Shown: piece after piece, positions 35,994-45,859 of the stretch
Numbering within the stretch: the first letter of the stretch is position 1
Layout: each line of letters begins with the position of its first letter
From: Escherichia phage vB_EcoM_DE16
Direction: 5' to 3' (one strand)
Sequence record: OP595145.1
Length of the DNA: 64,000 bases
Notes under the pieces: generated by a model
Seen by the model: only the letters and a program-made list of their open reading frames with translations
Databases searched by the model: none
Told to the model about the DNA's origin: nothing
Made by a program: the position numbers and the translations under genes

Positions 35994-36542
35994 ATGCTGA
36001 ATGCGGTAGAGTTGGCACCACTGATCCGAATTCTTGTTTATAACCCTTCTCAAGAAGTATTGCCAGATGCAATGCTGATTCAGATCATCCAAACTTGGAT
36101 TGATATTATAGGGAATGAAGATAAGGATAAGTGTGCAGTATTGTGGAACAGCTTGATTTCTGTTTTAGAGTATCTATGGAACAACGATGTTCTTAACAAC
36201 AATACTCAAACAGGAGGAGCTATGTCCCGCAGAGAAAAGATGGGTGAAGTCGAAGTTGAAGTTAAATTTAACAACGGTCAAGTAACTTATAAGTCTCCGT
36301 GGGAAGATATCTATCATAACTATTTAAATGGTCTTATGGTCATTCCTGGGTGCACGGCAGGACGAGGAGCAACCAGTAAAGTTCTTATTGGCGGTGTGGA
36401 TGCTCGTGAGATTGATCGAGTAAACAGCGATCCTAACTCTGTGAATGGTCTTGGTAATGTTGCAAGTGTTGATCGTAATACACGTAACGTTAATTATTTG
36501 CGAAATTACGGACCTGTTTCTTTTTATCGTAGGGACAAATAA
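35994..36542 (+). CDS. head-tail connector/completion protein (putative)
   Basis: 182 aa ORF in head-tail joining block. Confidence 0.45.
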   Translation: MLNAVELAPLIRILVYNPSQEVLPDAMLIQIIQTWIDIIGNEDKDKCAVLWNSLISVLEYLWNNDVLNNNTQTGGAMSRREKMGEVEVEVKFNNGQVTYKSPWEDIYHNYLNGLMVIPGCTAGRGATSKVLIGGVDAREIDRVNSDPNSVNGLGNVASVDRNTRNVNYLRNYGPVSFYRRDK

Positions 36543-37030
36543 TGGAAAGTGAGATCTTACCAGGTGACGATACAGATTGGGAAACCATTATCAAAAAGAT
36601 GATGGACCTTGAACAAGTTCAAATCGAAGCTGGTTTTTTAACAAACAAAAGGCATCCTGAATCAGATCTCACTATTCCTGCAATAGCAGCTATTCAACAA
36701 TATGGTAATGAAACAAATAACATACCTGCTCGTCCTTTTATAACAGATGGTGCTGTTATCTCACAGAACAATATCGCTAAAAAGATGAAGCAGGTTTTTG
36801 CAAATTACCTAATGAACAATGTTGGGTTGGCTGTTTTTGAGCCTATAGCGAGAGCCTCTAGAGAAGGAATAGCTCAAGCGATTGCAATGCAACGTTATCG
36901 TCCTTTATCTCCTGTGACAATTAAGATACGACAAGATAAAGGCAACTATTCTAATCATATCTTAATAGATACGGCACACATGATAAATGCAATCGAAACA
37001 AAAATCACAAAAAGCAAGTCTAAAAAATAA
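36542..37030 (+). CDS. head-tail joining protein (putative)
   Basis: 162 aa, start overlaps previous stop. Confidence 0.45.
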   Translation: MESEILPGDDTDWETIIKKMMDLEQVQIEAGFLTNKRHPESDLTIPAIAAIQQYGNETNNIPARPFITDGAVISQNNIAKKMKQVFANYLMNNVGLAVFEPIARASREGIAQAIAMQRYRPLSPVTIKIRQDKGNYSNHILIDTAHMINAIETKITKSKSKK

Positions 37031-37042
37031 CTTGCATAAACT

Positions 37043-37492
37043 TTGTTTTTGATGTATACTAAAAAGGAGATACAAGTGTTACTAGATCAATTTACTCTCC
37101 TTGATCTAACTGAATACCAAGGTCGTAGACGAGTCTACAAAGAGGCCGTTGGTTCAGTTATTGCTAACTTAGAAAGTAGTGTAGAATATGAACCATTTAC
37201 TATTGAAGCGGCAAGCTTACAACCGATATCTGGTAAAACACTGAATGCACTACCCGAAGGTTACAGATCTAAGGCTCAATATAGTTTCTGGACTAAAACA
37301 GAAATGAAGGGGTTACAACAAGGAACAGAACAGTTATCAGATCAAATATTGATAGATGGTAAATGGTATTCTGTTTATTCCCTTAAAGATTGGACCAGAA
37401 CATCTTTCTTAGTCCATCATCACTGTGTTGCGATATTAGACGATCAAAACAACTCCTGGTCTTATGGAACAGAAGGAGGAAACTTTGGCTAA
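37043..37492 (+). CDS. tail completion protein (putative); start uncertain
   Basis: track ORF begins at TTG 37043; GTG 37076 preceded by AAGGAG may be the real start. Confidence 0.45.
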   Translation: MFLMYTKKEIQVLLDQFTLLDLTEYQGRRRVYKEAVGSVIANLESSVEYEPFTIEAASLQPISGKTLNALPEGYRSKAQYSFWTKTEMKGLQQGTEQLSDQILIDGKWYSVYSLKDWTRTSFLVHHHCVAILDDQNNSWSYGTEGGNFG

Positions 37493-38123
37493 TATTTACC
37501 AACAAATAGAAGCATACGAAAATGCCATCTACTTAAATATAGGTGGCTTCCTTCAAGAATTAGTGGGGTTGCCAGTCTATGTTATGGATAAGCCATTCAT
37601 TAAACCGGATACTCCTTACCTAGCACTACGTATTATCACTTCCAGCGATTCTGGAGGTTGGTCTTACCGAAGCTCTATTCAAAATGATATGTATTCCTAC
37701 GAGATGGATAATACCTACGAGATTGAACTTGTAGCCTATCGTGGAAGACCTACCACTTTGATGAGCTATGTTCTGGCTGCTCTCCGTGGTGCAGAGGAAT
37801 TAAAATACAAACATCTCTATTCTAAAGGTCTTGGTTTTTTAGGAGCCTCCAATATAGCTCAAGCCAATACAATTGTAGACGGAGATAAGACTGAATTAAG
37901 AGCGCGTATGGTTATGACGTTCAACACTCGTATGAGTATTGAAGATATTGCTACTACACCAATAGAAGCAATCAACATGCACATCCGTTCATTCAGAGAT
38001 AGTTACAATGATCCTATCCCTTTAGATTTAATTCTAAACAGGGTTTATGCAATTACTTTGGTTCCAGGCGAATACTCGTCAGTTAATCAAAATGGATCAT
38101 TATTTAACAACCCTACCGAATAA
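37464..38123 (+). CDS. tail-associated structural protein (219 aa)
   Basis: ORF overlapping previous gene end; AAGGAGG upstream of possible TTG start at 37485. Confidence 0.45.
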   Translation: MEQKEETLANIYQQIEAYENAIYLNIGGFLQELVGLPVYVMDKPFIKPDTPYLALRIITSSDSGGWSYRSSIQNDMYSYEMDNTYEIELVAYRGRPTTLMSYVLAALRGAEELKYKHLYSKGLGFLGASNIAQANTIVDGDKTELRARMVMTFNTRMSIEDIATTPIEAINMHIRSFRDSYNDPIPLDLILNRVYAITLVPGEYSSVNQNGSLFNNPTE

Positions 38124-38157
38124 ACTCATTGGAATTAAGTTTCTAACAGGAGCATAA

Positions 38158-39531
38158 ATGGCAACTTTTCGTGAAAAGGTAGCAACCGTAACTTTACTGT
38201 ATGGTGCTACATCAATTCGTGAAACCCAGTTCGATATTCCCCTGATCCTTACAGGTCAGAATGTAACTGGCGAAGCGATTCAATATTACTCTTCTTCCGA
38301 TGCACTTTTGGAAGCAGGTTATGGATTAAATGATCCAGCGTATATTATGGCAGTCAAACTGTTTAACGGTTTGTTCCCACCAGATCAAGTCATGGTTGGT
38401 AAGCGTGAAGTTACAAACTTTACTCTAACTCCAATCGTAGAAGATAGTGCAACTTACACAATTACCATCAAAAATGGTACCAAGAAAAAAGAATTTAAAT
38501 TCATTGCTGATGACACTGCAACTGCACAAGAGATTGTAGTTGGTCTGACTGAAATGATCAATGCAGATCTTGTTTATGGCCCACTGTTTACAGTAGCTAA
38601 CAACGGCGCTGCAATGACTTTCACTCCAGTAGAAGGTAAGTTTGGTTCTATTGACAGCACAGGTTTCACTCAAGAAACTGTCTATGCTAATGCTATTACG
38701 GAAGATATCGCTGCTCTGCATGATATTGATAGTAGCTGGTTCTGGACCCTTTCAGATTCCCATGAAACAGAAGATGTTCTAGCTTTGGCTGCATGGGTAG
38801 AAGAGAATGATAAAGTTTACTTCTTCTCTAGCTCTGAACCTGGAATTAAAACGAAAGCAGAAGATAACGTTCTGGAACGACTGAATGACCTCGGCTATAA
38901 TAACACTTGCTTTGCTTTGTGGATGACCGATGCAGATTCTGTATTCCCAGAAGCAGCAGTTGTTGGTGCAATCTGTTCTCGTCAACCTGGTTTAACTACT
39001 CTTCACGGTAAAACACTGGTAGGTGTAGAGATCGAGAAACTGGATCAGACTTCGGAAAACAATATTGTTCAACAGAACGGTAACATCTATCGTAAAGAGC
39101 ATGGAACTCTGTTCTATCGTGATGGATTGATGGTTAGCGGTTTCTTTGTTGACTATGTTGTTCATGCTTTGTGGTTTAAAGCTCGCACAGAAGAATCACT
39201 GTTTACACTGTTTAAACAACAGTCTATGCTGGGTGGTGGTGTTCGTGCTACTTCAAACGGTCTGGCTTTGATTCGACAAGCTGTTCTGGCTAACCCGATC
39301 CAAGTAGGTATCCTCAACGGTTCCATCGCTAATGAAGTTGTTACTTCTGAAGAGACTGGTTTGCGTGTCGATCTGAAACCTATTGTTTATATTCCTTCTC
39401 GTGCCGATATGACCGATGCGCAAATCAATGCTCGTCTGGTTGATGGGATGAAGATTGAATATGTTTACGCTGGCTTCTTCCATTACGTTAAAGTTCAGGT
39501 CAACGTCCTGACTAACCGTACTGCAAACTAA
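38158..39531 (+). CDS. tail sheath protein (putative)
   Basis: 457 aa immediately upstream of a 159-aa tube-sized gene and the chaperone/tape-measure block; biased codon usage. Confidence 0.5.
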   Translation: MATFREKVATVTLLYGATSIRETQFDIPLILTGQNVTGEAIQYYSSSDALLEAGYGLNDPAYIMAVKLFNGLFPPDQVMVGKREVTNFTLTPIVEDSATYTITIKNGTKKKEFKFIADDTATAQEIVVGLTEMINADLVYGPLFTVANNGAAMTFTPVEGKFGSIDSTGFTQETVYANAITEDIAALHDIDSSWFWTLSDSHETEDVLALAAWVEENDKVYFFSSSEPGIKTKAEDNVLERLNDLGYNNTCFALWMTDADSVFPEAAVVGAICSRQPGLTTLHGKTLVGVEIEKLDQTSENNIVQQNGNIYRKEHGTLFYRDGLMVSGFFVDYVVHALWFKARTEESLFTLFKQQSMLGGGVRATSNGLALIRQAVLANPIQVGILNGSIANEVVTSEETGLRVDLKPIVYIPSRADMTDAQINARLVDGMKIEYVYAGFFHYVKVQVNVLTNRTAN

Positions 39532-39577
39532 TACGGCGGGGGTTAAGCCCCCGTTATCAAAATAAAGAGGATCTATA

Positions 39578-40057
39578 ATGGATAAAATGCTTACTGGCGT
39601 AATGGCCTACGACCCATCTCAAGTTATCCTTTCATTAGGTGGTTGGGAACCGTGGGGTTTTGCGGCTGATACTAAAATCGTTATTGCTAAATCTAACGAT
39701 ATTATCAACCCTTATTCAGGGACTGATGGTGACGTTTCACTAGCTTTGAGTCGTAACCGTTTGGGAACACTCACAATGTCTTTGCAACGCACATCTCCAG
39801 CTAACGAAGTACTTGCAACATATGCACAAACAATGTATTCTACTCGTCAAGTAGCATTCAGTGTTTACTTGGAAGACCCACGTGGCTATTACATTAGCAC
39901 GATTGGATGGATTCAAAGTCAGCCTGAAGATACTATTGGCGAAATGATTACAGAGAACCAATGGGTTATTGGTCTTAAAGATGCAAGCCTTCTGCGTAAT
40001 GAAGTTGGTGTAGGTTTGAGCACCCTTAACTCAATCTCTGCTCTGACAATTCAATAA
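39578..40057 (+). CDS. tail tube protein (putative)
   Basis: 159 aa between sheath and chaperone genes; followed by strong terminator. Confidence 0.5.
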   Translation: MDKMLTGVMAYDPSQVILSLGGWEPWGFAADTKIVIAKSNDIINPYSGTDGDVSLALSRNRLGTLTMSLQRTSPANEVLATYAQTMYSTRQVAFSVYLEDPRGYYISTIGWIQSQPEDTIGEMITENQWVIGLKDASLLRNEVGVGLSTLNSISALTIQ

Positions 40058-40060
40058 TAA

Positions 40061-40086
40061 ATAAAGGGCAGAAATGCCCTTTTTAT
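40061..40086 (+). terminator. rho-independent terminator after tube gene
   Basis: AAAGGGCA-GAAA-TGCCCTTT then TTTTAT. Confidence 0.7.
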
Positions 40087-40102
40087 CATTAGAGAGGAAA
40101 AT

Positions 40103-40585
40103 ATGTCACAAGAACAAGATAACACAATTCAAAAATATGCTCGACCAGAAGAAGTAGTTGAGATTCCGTTAGATGGAAACAGATCTGTTACTTTCCGTAT
40201 TATGAAGTGGAGTCCATCTAAAGTGTTTGACAGGATTCCAGAATTGGGTAGTGTTCTGGTTGTTCCTATGACTATGTATAGCACAGCAACAATGTCCGCA
40301 GACGAAGACCTTGAGTCACGTATTGCTATGGCACTGATCCAACTTTTTGCAGGTTTGGAAGAAAAGAATTTAACTGTCTTTTTGCGTAAAATTTTAGATG
40401 AGGTTTATACTCAAGACGGTTATAACGTTGCAGAAAATTTTGATGAATTATTTATGGCTCACCCAGAACTAGTGTTAGATCTTACTGCTAAAGTTCTGGA
40501 GGTAAACTACGGCCCTTTTTTCAAACGAGGTTTCGGAAAACTGTTCACACAGCTTCAGGCGATGACGAGTTTAGCAGCAAATTAA
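40103..40585 (+). CDS. tail assembly chaperone (G-like)
   Basis: 160 aa directly upstream of tape measure gene; contains slippery heptamer near its 3' end. Confidence 0.45.
   Translation: MSQEQDNTIQKYARPEEVVEIPLDGNRSVTFRIMKWSPSKVFDRIPELGSVLVVPMTMYSTATMSADEDLESRIAMALIQLFAGLEEKNLTVFLRKILDEVYTQDGYNVAENFDELFMAHPELVLDLTAKVLEVNYGPFFKRGFGKLFTQLQAMTSLAAN
40516..40522 (+). other. candidate -1 programmed frameshift site (T_TTT_TTC)
   Basis: X_XXY_YYZ heptamer in the zero frame of the chaperone gene; the -1 frame is open from 40444 to 40851. Confidence 0.4.
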
Positions 40586-40632
40586 CACCTGCGATTGAAC
40601 ATGCTATCGACACAGCAACGAAAACCCTTACT

Positions 40633-40851
40633 TTGAAGTGGTATGAGGTTATTCTTTGCAAAGTCGTTAAAGATACCTCGGAAACACTGAAAACATTGGA
40701 TAACTACGGTGTAGATTATCTTTTAAAACTATATGAGTATTTAACATACGAAGAGTATGTTGAAGCCATGTATGTTAAAGACACTTCAATAAAGAGAAAA
40801 CATCAAAACCAGACAAATAAAATGTCAGATTTGTTTAAGAAACTTGTTTAA
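40633..40851 (+). CDS. tail assembly chaperone -1 frame extension (GT-like C-terminal part)
   Basis: ORF in the -1 frame relative to 40103..40585, no independent ATG (track start is TTG); open frame begins upstream at 40444. Confidence 0.35.
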   Translation: MKWYEVILCKVVKDTSETLKTLDNYGVDYLLKLYEYLTYEEYVEAMYVKDTSIKRKHQNQTNKMSDLFKKLV

Positions 40852-40871
40852 TCCAACACGAGGAACATACT

Positions 40872-42860
40872 TTGTTAGAAATTAACGCCTCCAAAATTAG
40901 TAACGTGGTTACGTTTAAGGTGGACAAGAACAGTCTCAAGGAAGCAAAAGATGCCGTGTTGAGTGTTCAGAAGTTTGCAAATAAAATGCAACCCACTATG
41001 AACATGACCAAGTTTAGACAACAAATGAAAGAGATTGAGCGTGAACTTAAGAAAGCTCAAACTCAAAGTCAAAAACCTATGCGAGCACCTACTCCCGCTG
41101 GAGCGGGTGCTCCTGTAGGCGGATCTGGCAGACCTAGAACTCCTAAAACCCCGCAAGGAAGAGAAGAAGAAAAAGCTCGTAAAGCGGCTGAACGCGAAGC
41201 TAAAGCAGCAGCACGTAGGGAAGACTTAGGTAATCTTCGTTTGCAGAACTTTAACTACCGAGCAAGAGCATTCAGTAAAGCTAGTCCTGGTGCTATGCAA
41301 GAAGCTAGAGACGTTATGGGTAAAGCTGTAGAGCAATACAAAAAGGGTGAAATAACTCTTCAACGTATGAACCAAGCTCTTGCTCACCAGTTGGATGCTT
41401 TACGCAGATCTCATCGTGAAAAGAATGCTGAAATAGAAGACGAGGTTCGCGGTCGTCGCCGTATTCGTAGAGAGCTAGAAGCAGAAGCTAAAATGCGTAT
41501 ACGTATGCGAAATCGTGAACTTAGAGATATAGAACGCAACCGTAAGCGGGAATTAGCTCAACAAAAACGTGATCGTGATCGTAGATATGGACAATTAAAA
41601 GAAGGTGCAGCAGGTCTTAATCCACGCATGATTGCATCCTCTTTGATTGGTGCTGGGCTGTTTGCAGGTGGTTCTGTAGTTGGTAACACGTTGATGAATA
41701 CTAACGAAAGAATTAAACTTGTAAGCCGTGGTGCTGAAAACGTTCAGACAAACGCCAACGCTATTTTGGCAATGACAGCTTGGGGTGAACAGAACGGTGT
41801 AGACTCTGCAAATATTATTAAATCAATAGATAATATTAAAGACGTTCGTGAACGTCTTGGTAATACAGTTTTAGCTGCAAAGTGGAATGAGAAAGAAGGG
41901 AAGTGGAAAGGCGGTGATAATGGCATAACTGACATTATGAACCTGTTTGGATGGAATCCAGAACAGCTTAAACCTTTACAGAACGATCCTTTAGCTTTTA
42001 TTCAGGCTACTGTTAATGAAGGTGAGCGTCGAGGTATGAACTCTGCTCAAATAGGGCGACTTCTTGAAAACCTTGGTGATGACCTTATGCACTACCAACG
42101 CATGTTTAGTAAAAACGGCGAAGGGTATAATGAAGTATTGAAAATGCTTCAAAGAACAGGTGCAACATTAACTCAAGAACAAATAGATGCTTCTAAGGAG
42201 TTTACTCGTTTTGCTGCAACAGTTCAGCTTGTAGGTCAAGGTATGCAGAACCATTTCTTAGAGGGTTTTGTGAAAGCCTTACCTAAAGATGATTCTTGGT
42301 TGGATAACGTTAAAGTGCTAGATCAGTTCGCCAAAGATTTAGGTGAAGAACTTGGTAAAACAACAGTTCAACTTGGTGGTTTTGCTAAAGAATTAGGAGA
42401 TGGTTTCGGATCTTTTACCAATTGGCTTAAAGAAACATTCCCAGATACCTTCGGAGACAACACAGATCCTAATAAATCTTTGGCACAAAAAGCATACGAG
42501 GCAACGCAAAGTGGAGACAGCAATCCTGTAGCAGATTGGTTGTACAATTTAACAGGTATTGATACACAAGATATTGGTCGTATGTGGAGAGGAGAACAAA
42601 CAAGGACACGTGCTTTTGGATTTGGTAATCCTCTTGAAGATTTACGTGAATCAGCCTATACACCTAACGTAAGTTTGGCTCGTAATCAACCTGTTGTTGA
42701 GAATACGGTAGCAATACCAAGTGATCTTATCAAAGTTACGATCAGTCCTTCTTCCGAGTTTGGAAATATTCTTGATGCAAGAATTCAAAATAGCGGAAAT
42801 AGCATTTTCCAACGTTTGTCTCTTTCAACTCTAAGTGGACAATCTAACACTGGTGGTTAA
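40872..42860 (+). CDS. tail tape measure protein
   Basis: 662 aa, long charged coiled-coil N-terminal half, position after sheath/tube/chaperone; terminator follows. Confidence 0.6.
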   Translation: MLEINASKISNVVTFKVDKNSLKEAKDAVLSVQKFANKMQPTMNMTKFRQQMKEIERELKKAQTQSQKPMRAPTPAGAGAPVGGSGRPRTPKTPQGREEEKARKAAEREAKAAARREDLGNLRLQNFNYRARAFSKASPGAMQEARDVMGKAVEQYKKGEITLQRMNQALAHQLDALRRSHREKNAEIEDEVRGRRRIRRELEAEAKMRIRMRNRELRDIERNRKRELAQQKRDRDRRYGQLKEGAAGLNPRMIASSLIGAGLFAGGSVVGNTLMNTNERIKLVSRGAENVQTNANAILAMTAWGEQNGVDSANIIKSIDNIKDVRERLGNTVLAAKWNEKEGKWKGGDNGITDIMNLFGWNPEQLKPLQNDPLAFIQATVNEGERRGMNSAQIGRLLENLGDDLMHYQRMFSKNGEGYNEVLKMLQRTGATLTQEQIDASKEFTRFAATVQLVGQGMQNHFLEGFVKALPKDDSWLDNVKVLDQFAKDLGEELGKTTVQLGGFAKELGDGFGSFTNWLKETFPDTFGDNTDPNKSLAQKAYEATQSGDSNPVADWLYNLTGIDTQDIGRMWRGEQTRTRAFGFGNPLEDLRESAYTPNVSLARNQPVVENTVAIPSDLIKVTISPSSEFGNILDARIQNSGNSIFQRLSLSTLSGQSNTGG

Positions 42861-42867
42861 TAAAATA

Positions 42868-42890
42868 CCTCGCTTCGGCGGGGTTTTTTC
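42868..42890 (+). terminator. rho-independent terminator after tape measure gene
   Basis: CCTCGC-TTCG-GCGGGG then TTTTTT. Confidence 0.65.
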
Positions 42891-42898
42891 GTTTCCCT

Positions 42899-42928
42899 TG
42901 ACACGAAGTTTCTATATGTGTTACAATA
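42899..42928 (+). promoter_or_regulatory. sigma70-like promoter candidate for baseplate operon
   Basis: TTGACA then 18 nt then TACAAT. Confidence 0.45.
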
Positions 42929-42986
42929 ATCAATATGGGAAGATCTTGCATCTTCCTTTTGGCATTATCATTACTACGAGGTTATC

Positions 42987-43688
42987 ATGGCAGCAATGAC
43001 TCCACAACAGTCGGTGAGAGCCGTCTATAAGGCAGAACAGGAAATCAACTCTACCGAGAATAAAAATACCTCGGCATCTACTGTAAAGGGTGATAATGGT
43101 TTCTGCATTTTAGCAAGTGTTTATAATAGTTCAAGTGATCAATACATTCAAAACTTTAAAGCAATTACTTTCGATTCAGTCCCTGAAATAGGTGTAACTC
43201 GTGAGGCAGATGTTACAAGTTTTCCAGTAGAATCAGGATCGGATGTAAGTGACCACGTTCAAATAAAAAACAACAGATTTAAACTTTCAGGTATAATTAC
43301 CGAAACACCAATTCGGCTTATGCGAGATCAATTATACAGTGCAGGTGTAAATGGTGCTAGGATTTCTCAAGCAATAGAGTATCTAGATCAAATATTTGAG
43401 TCAAGACAACCAATAGTTCTTTTGACAGAACACAGAACTTTTGAAAATGTTATTCTCAAAGGTTATTCGTATGATTATAAATCTGAATTTGCTATGCAAT
43501 TTGATTTAGAGTTTGAACAAATCCGTCTCGTTTCTAAGGCCACTACTAACGCTATTGCTGTAAAAACAGCACCAAATAAGTCAACTGGTGGTGATGTGAA
43601 AGGTCAAGTTGCTTCGAATGGTCCTAAGTCAGATATTACAGTAAGAACTGCTGAAGCTACTAATACCCCAACAAACAACGGAGGTTAA
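42987..43688 (+). CDS. tail/baseplate assembly protein (233 aa)
   Basis: position after tape measure gene. Confidence 0.45.
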   Translation: MAAMTPQQSVRAVYKAEQEINSTENKNTSASTVKGDNGFCILASVYNSSSDQYIQNFKAITFDSVPEIGVTREADVTSFPVESGSDVSDHVQIKNNRFKLSGIITETPIRLMRDQLYSAGVNGARISQAIEYLDQIFESRQPIVLLTEHRTFENVILKGYSYDYKSEFAMQFDLEFEQIRLVSKATTNAIAVKTAPNKSTGGDVKGQVASNGPKSDITVRTAEATNTPTNNGG

Positions 43689-43690
43689 TA

Positions 43691-44104
43691 GTGACAACTT
43701 ATTCTAAAACAACAAGGTCTACAAGTAATACAGGCTACAGTGCAGTTTATCTGGAGGACCATTCTACTTATTTTGCATGGTATCTGAAAACTGAAGAGTA
43801 TCCTGATCAAACATATACAGTTACATTGGATGGAGTTGATTATGACATTCGTTTAAGGTGGAACACTAGGGACGAGTCTTGGCAATGTCAAATAGGATTA
43901 TCTGGAGATGATCCAAGTATAAGTTTCAAAGTTACAAACGGTTTAGATCTTCTTAAACCTTATAAATATCTTGAAAGTGTGCCAGATGGTCAATTGTATA
44001 TAGTAGATACAGTTAAGATTAATGGTCGTCCTGGGTATACAACTACAGGTCGAGATAAACGTTTTGTATTGGTTTATATTGATAACAAACCTAATCAGGC
44101 GTAA
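43691..44104 (+). CDS. tail/baseplate protein (137 aa)
   Basis: GTG start; position. Confidence 0.45.
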   Translation: MTTYSKTTRSTSNTGYSAVYLEDHSTYFAWYLKTEEYPDQTYTVTLDGVDYDIRLRWNTRDESWQCQIGLSGDDPSISFKVTNGLDLLKPYKYLESVPDGQLYIVDTVKINGRPGYTTTGRDKRFVLVYIDNKPNQA

Positions 44105-44113
44105 GGAGATAAT

Positions 44114-45124
44114 ATGGCAGAAAGAGAGTATACAAAAGCTCCTGCCCCTAATTTAAACAGGGCATACAAATTATTAATTGGTTCTGCCACAAACACAATA
44201 CAGAAGAGAACTAAGAACTCGGCATTTAAATCTACAGTAGATTTGGATACCAAGTTAGGGACAACAGAAAAATCCTCTTCTAATTTGTATTTGTTGCAAG
44301 ACCATCAAATAACCTTCAGTATTAAGAAAGATAATAACAAAGATCCTAACCAAGCAGAGATTGTAGTTTATAACCTTTCGGATGATACTGTTAACTATAT
44401 AAACCGTGGTATCCGAAATAACTTGGCTGTTGCTTTAGCGGTAGGATACGCAGGTGAAGAGTTGGTTATGATCTTCAAAGGAACTATCCAGTGGGTTAGT
44501 GATACTTTTGACTCGGTAGACAGGAAAACCACTTTACACTGTTTGGATGGTGGTATTAACATTGCAGAAGCAAGAACAAGCCGCAGTTATCCAAAAGGAA
44601 CTAAAATCAAACGTGTTGTGACAGATTTGGTAAAGGATTTAGGAACTACAGAAGGTAATATACACGTAGATAATGATCAAACCTTATCTTCAGCAACAGC
44701 TATGTGCGGAAACACTTCACATTACCTAGAACATATTTGTAAGAGTATTGATCACAATGTGTCAATACAAGATGGATCTGTTTACGTTACTCCTCGTTCA
44801 CAAATGTCTAGTGCACGTAGCGCCTACATTAGTCCTGAAACTGGTCTGATAGGAAGTCCAGAACCATTCCACAACGATATAAAACCTACTAAAAAAGTTA
44901 CCAAGTCCTCTAAGAAGGCAAAGAAACCTACAGACGGTGTTAAATTCAAATGCCAAATGAATGGTGCAATATTACCAGAAAAAACAATCTGGTTAAAAAG
45001 CCGAGATTATGATGGTCCATTTAAAGTAGTTTCTGTTTCTCACAACGGAGATAAAGAAGGTAAAGAGTGGGTTACTGAAGTGGAATGTGTATCCGTGTCT
45101 GAAATAATGACTAAGGAGAAATAA
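44114..45124 (+). CDS. baseplate hub-like protein (336 aa)
   Basis: position before spike-like gene. Confidence 0.45.
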   Translation: MAEREYTKAPAPNLNRAYKLLIGSATNTIQKRTKNSAFKSTVDLDTKLGTTEKSSSNLYLLQDHQITFSIKKDNNKDPNQAEIVVYNLSDDTVNYINRGIRNNLAVALAVGYAGEELVMIFKGTIQWVSDTFDSVDRKTTLHCLDGGINIAEARTSRSYPKGTKIKRVVTDLVKDLGTTEGNIHVDNDQTLSSATAMCGNTSHYLEHICKSIDHNVSIQDGSVYVTPRSQMSSARSAYISPETGLIGSPEPFHNDIKPTKKVTKSSKKAKKPTDGVKFKCQMNGAILPEKTIWLKSRDYDGPFKVVSVSHNGDKEGKEWVTEVECVSVSEIMTKEK

Positions 45125-45858
45125 TGGATGCATTGAATTTTGTCACAGCAATGCGTGGCTTAATGACAGAACAATTAGCAGAAGTCCATACAGCCTTGCC
45201 AGTCCGTGTGACTGGCGTTAATTATGGTGCTAAAACTGTCACCTTAGAATCTATTGTTAAAAACACACGATCTAGTGAAGATGAAATAGATTATCCTACT
45301 TTTGAAGATGTTCCTTTTATGGTTAATGGTGGTGGGACAGGAAGAATCTCATTCCCTATTAAAGCTGGCGATTTAGGAACTGTTATATTTTCTGAAAGAG
45401 ATCCTTCTAATGCACTGCAAACTAGTGGGGAAACCTCTTCATCATCCACTTTTATGCAGCCTTGTGGATTATACCCTATTTGTTTTATTCCTAAAATAGC
45501 TACAGGAACAGATTCAACAGAAGCTGTAGATTCTGAAAAGGTAGTTATTTCTAATAACAAAAACACATACGCTTCTTTCGATCCTACAGGCAATATTTCA
45601 ATATGGAATAGTCAAGGGATGAAAATAGATATTACTACCTCCGGTATTACTATTACAGATGGCACAGGGACTTTGGATCTAAAAGGTGGTAATTTAACTT
45701 TCAAAGGCGGCGTAGCAGATATCAATGGTCTTAAAATAGATCAGAACGGTTTGATGACAGATGGTAATGGCATCGGATTCCATACTCACACGCACACGGT
45801 TCGTAACATTCAGAGCGGTAGCTCAAGTGCCGAGTCCTTAAAACCAACAGGAGCCTAA
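45124..45858 (+). CDS. baseplate central spike-like protein
   Basis: 244 aa; Gly/Thr/Ser-rich beta-type C-terminal half (TTSGITITDGTGTLDLKGGNLTFKGG) and HTHTHT motif. Confidence 0.4.
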   Translation: MDALNFVTAMRGLMTEQLAEVHTALPVRVTGVNYGAKTVTLESIVKNTRSSEDEIDYPTFEDVPFMVNGGGTGRISFPIKAGDLGTVIFSERDPSNALQTSGETSSSSTFMQPCGLYPICFIPKIATGTDSTEAVDSEKVVISNNKNTYASFDPTGNISIWNSQGMKIDITTSGITITDGTGTLDLKGGNLTFKGGVADINGLKIDQNGLMTDGNGIGFHTHTHTVRNIQSGSSSAESLKPTGA

Positions 45859-45859
45859 C

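Noticed and set aside
37032-37060. Promoter-like TTGCAT-N17-TATACT immediately before the 37043 gene
   Set aside because: It overlaps the candidate start codons and RBS of the gene it would serve, so it was not listed as a feature; it may instead drive transcription from a start further downstream.
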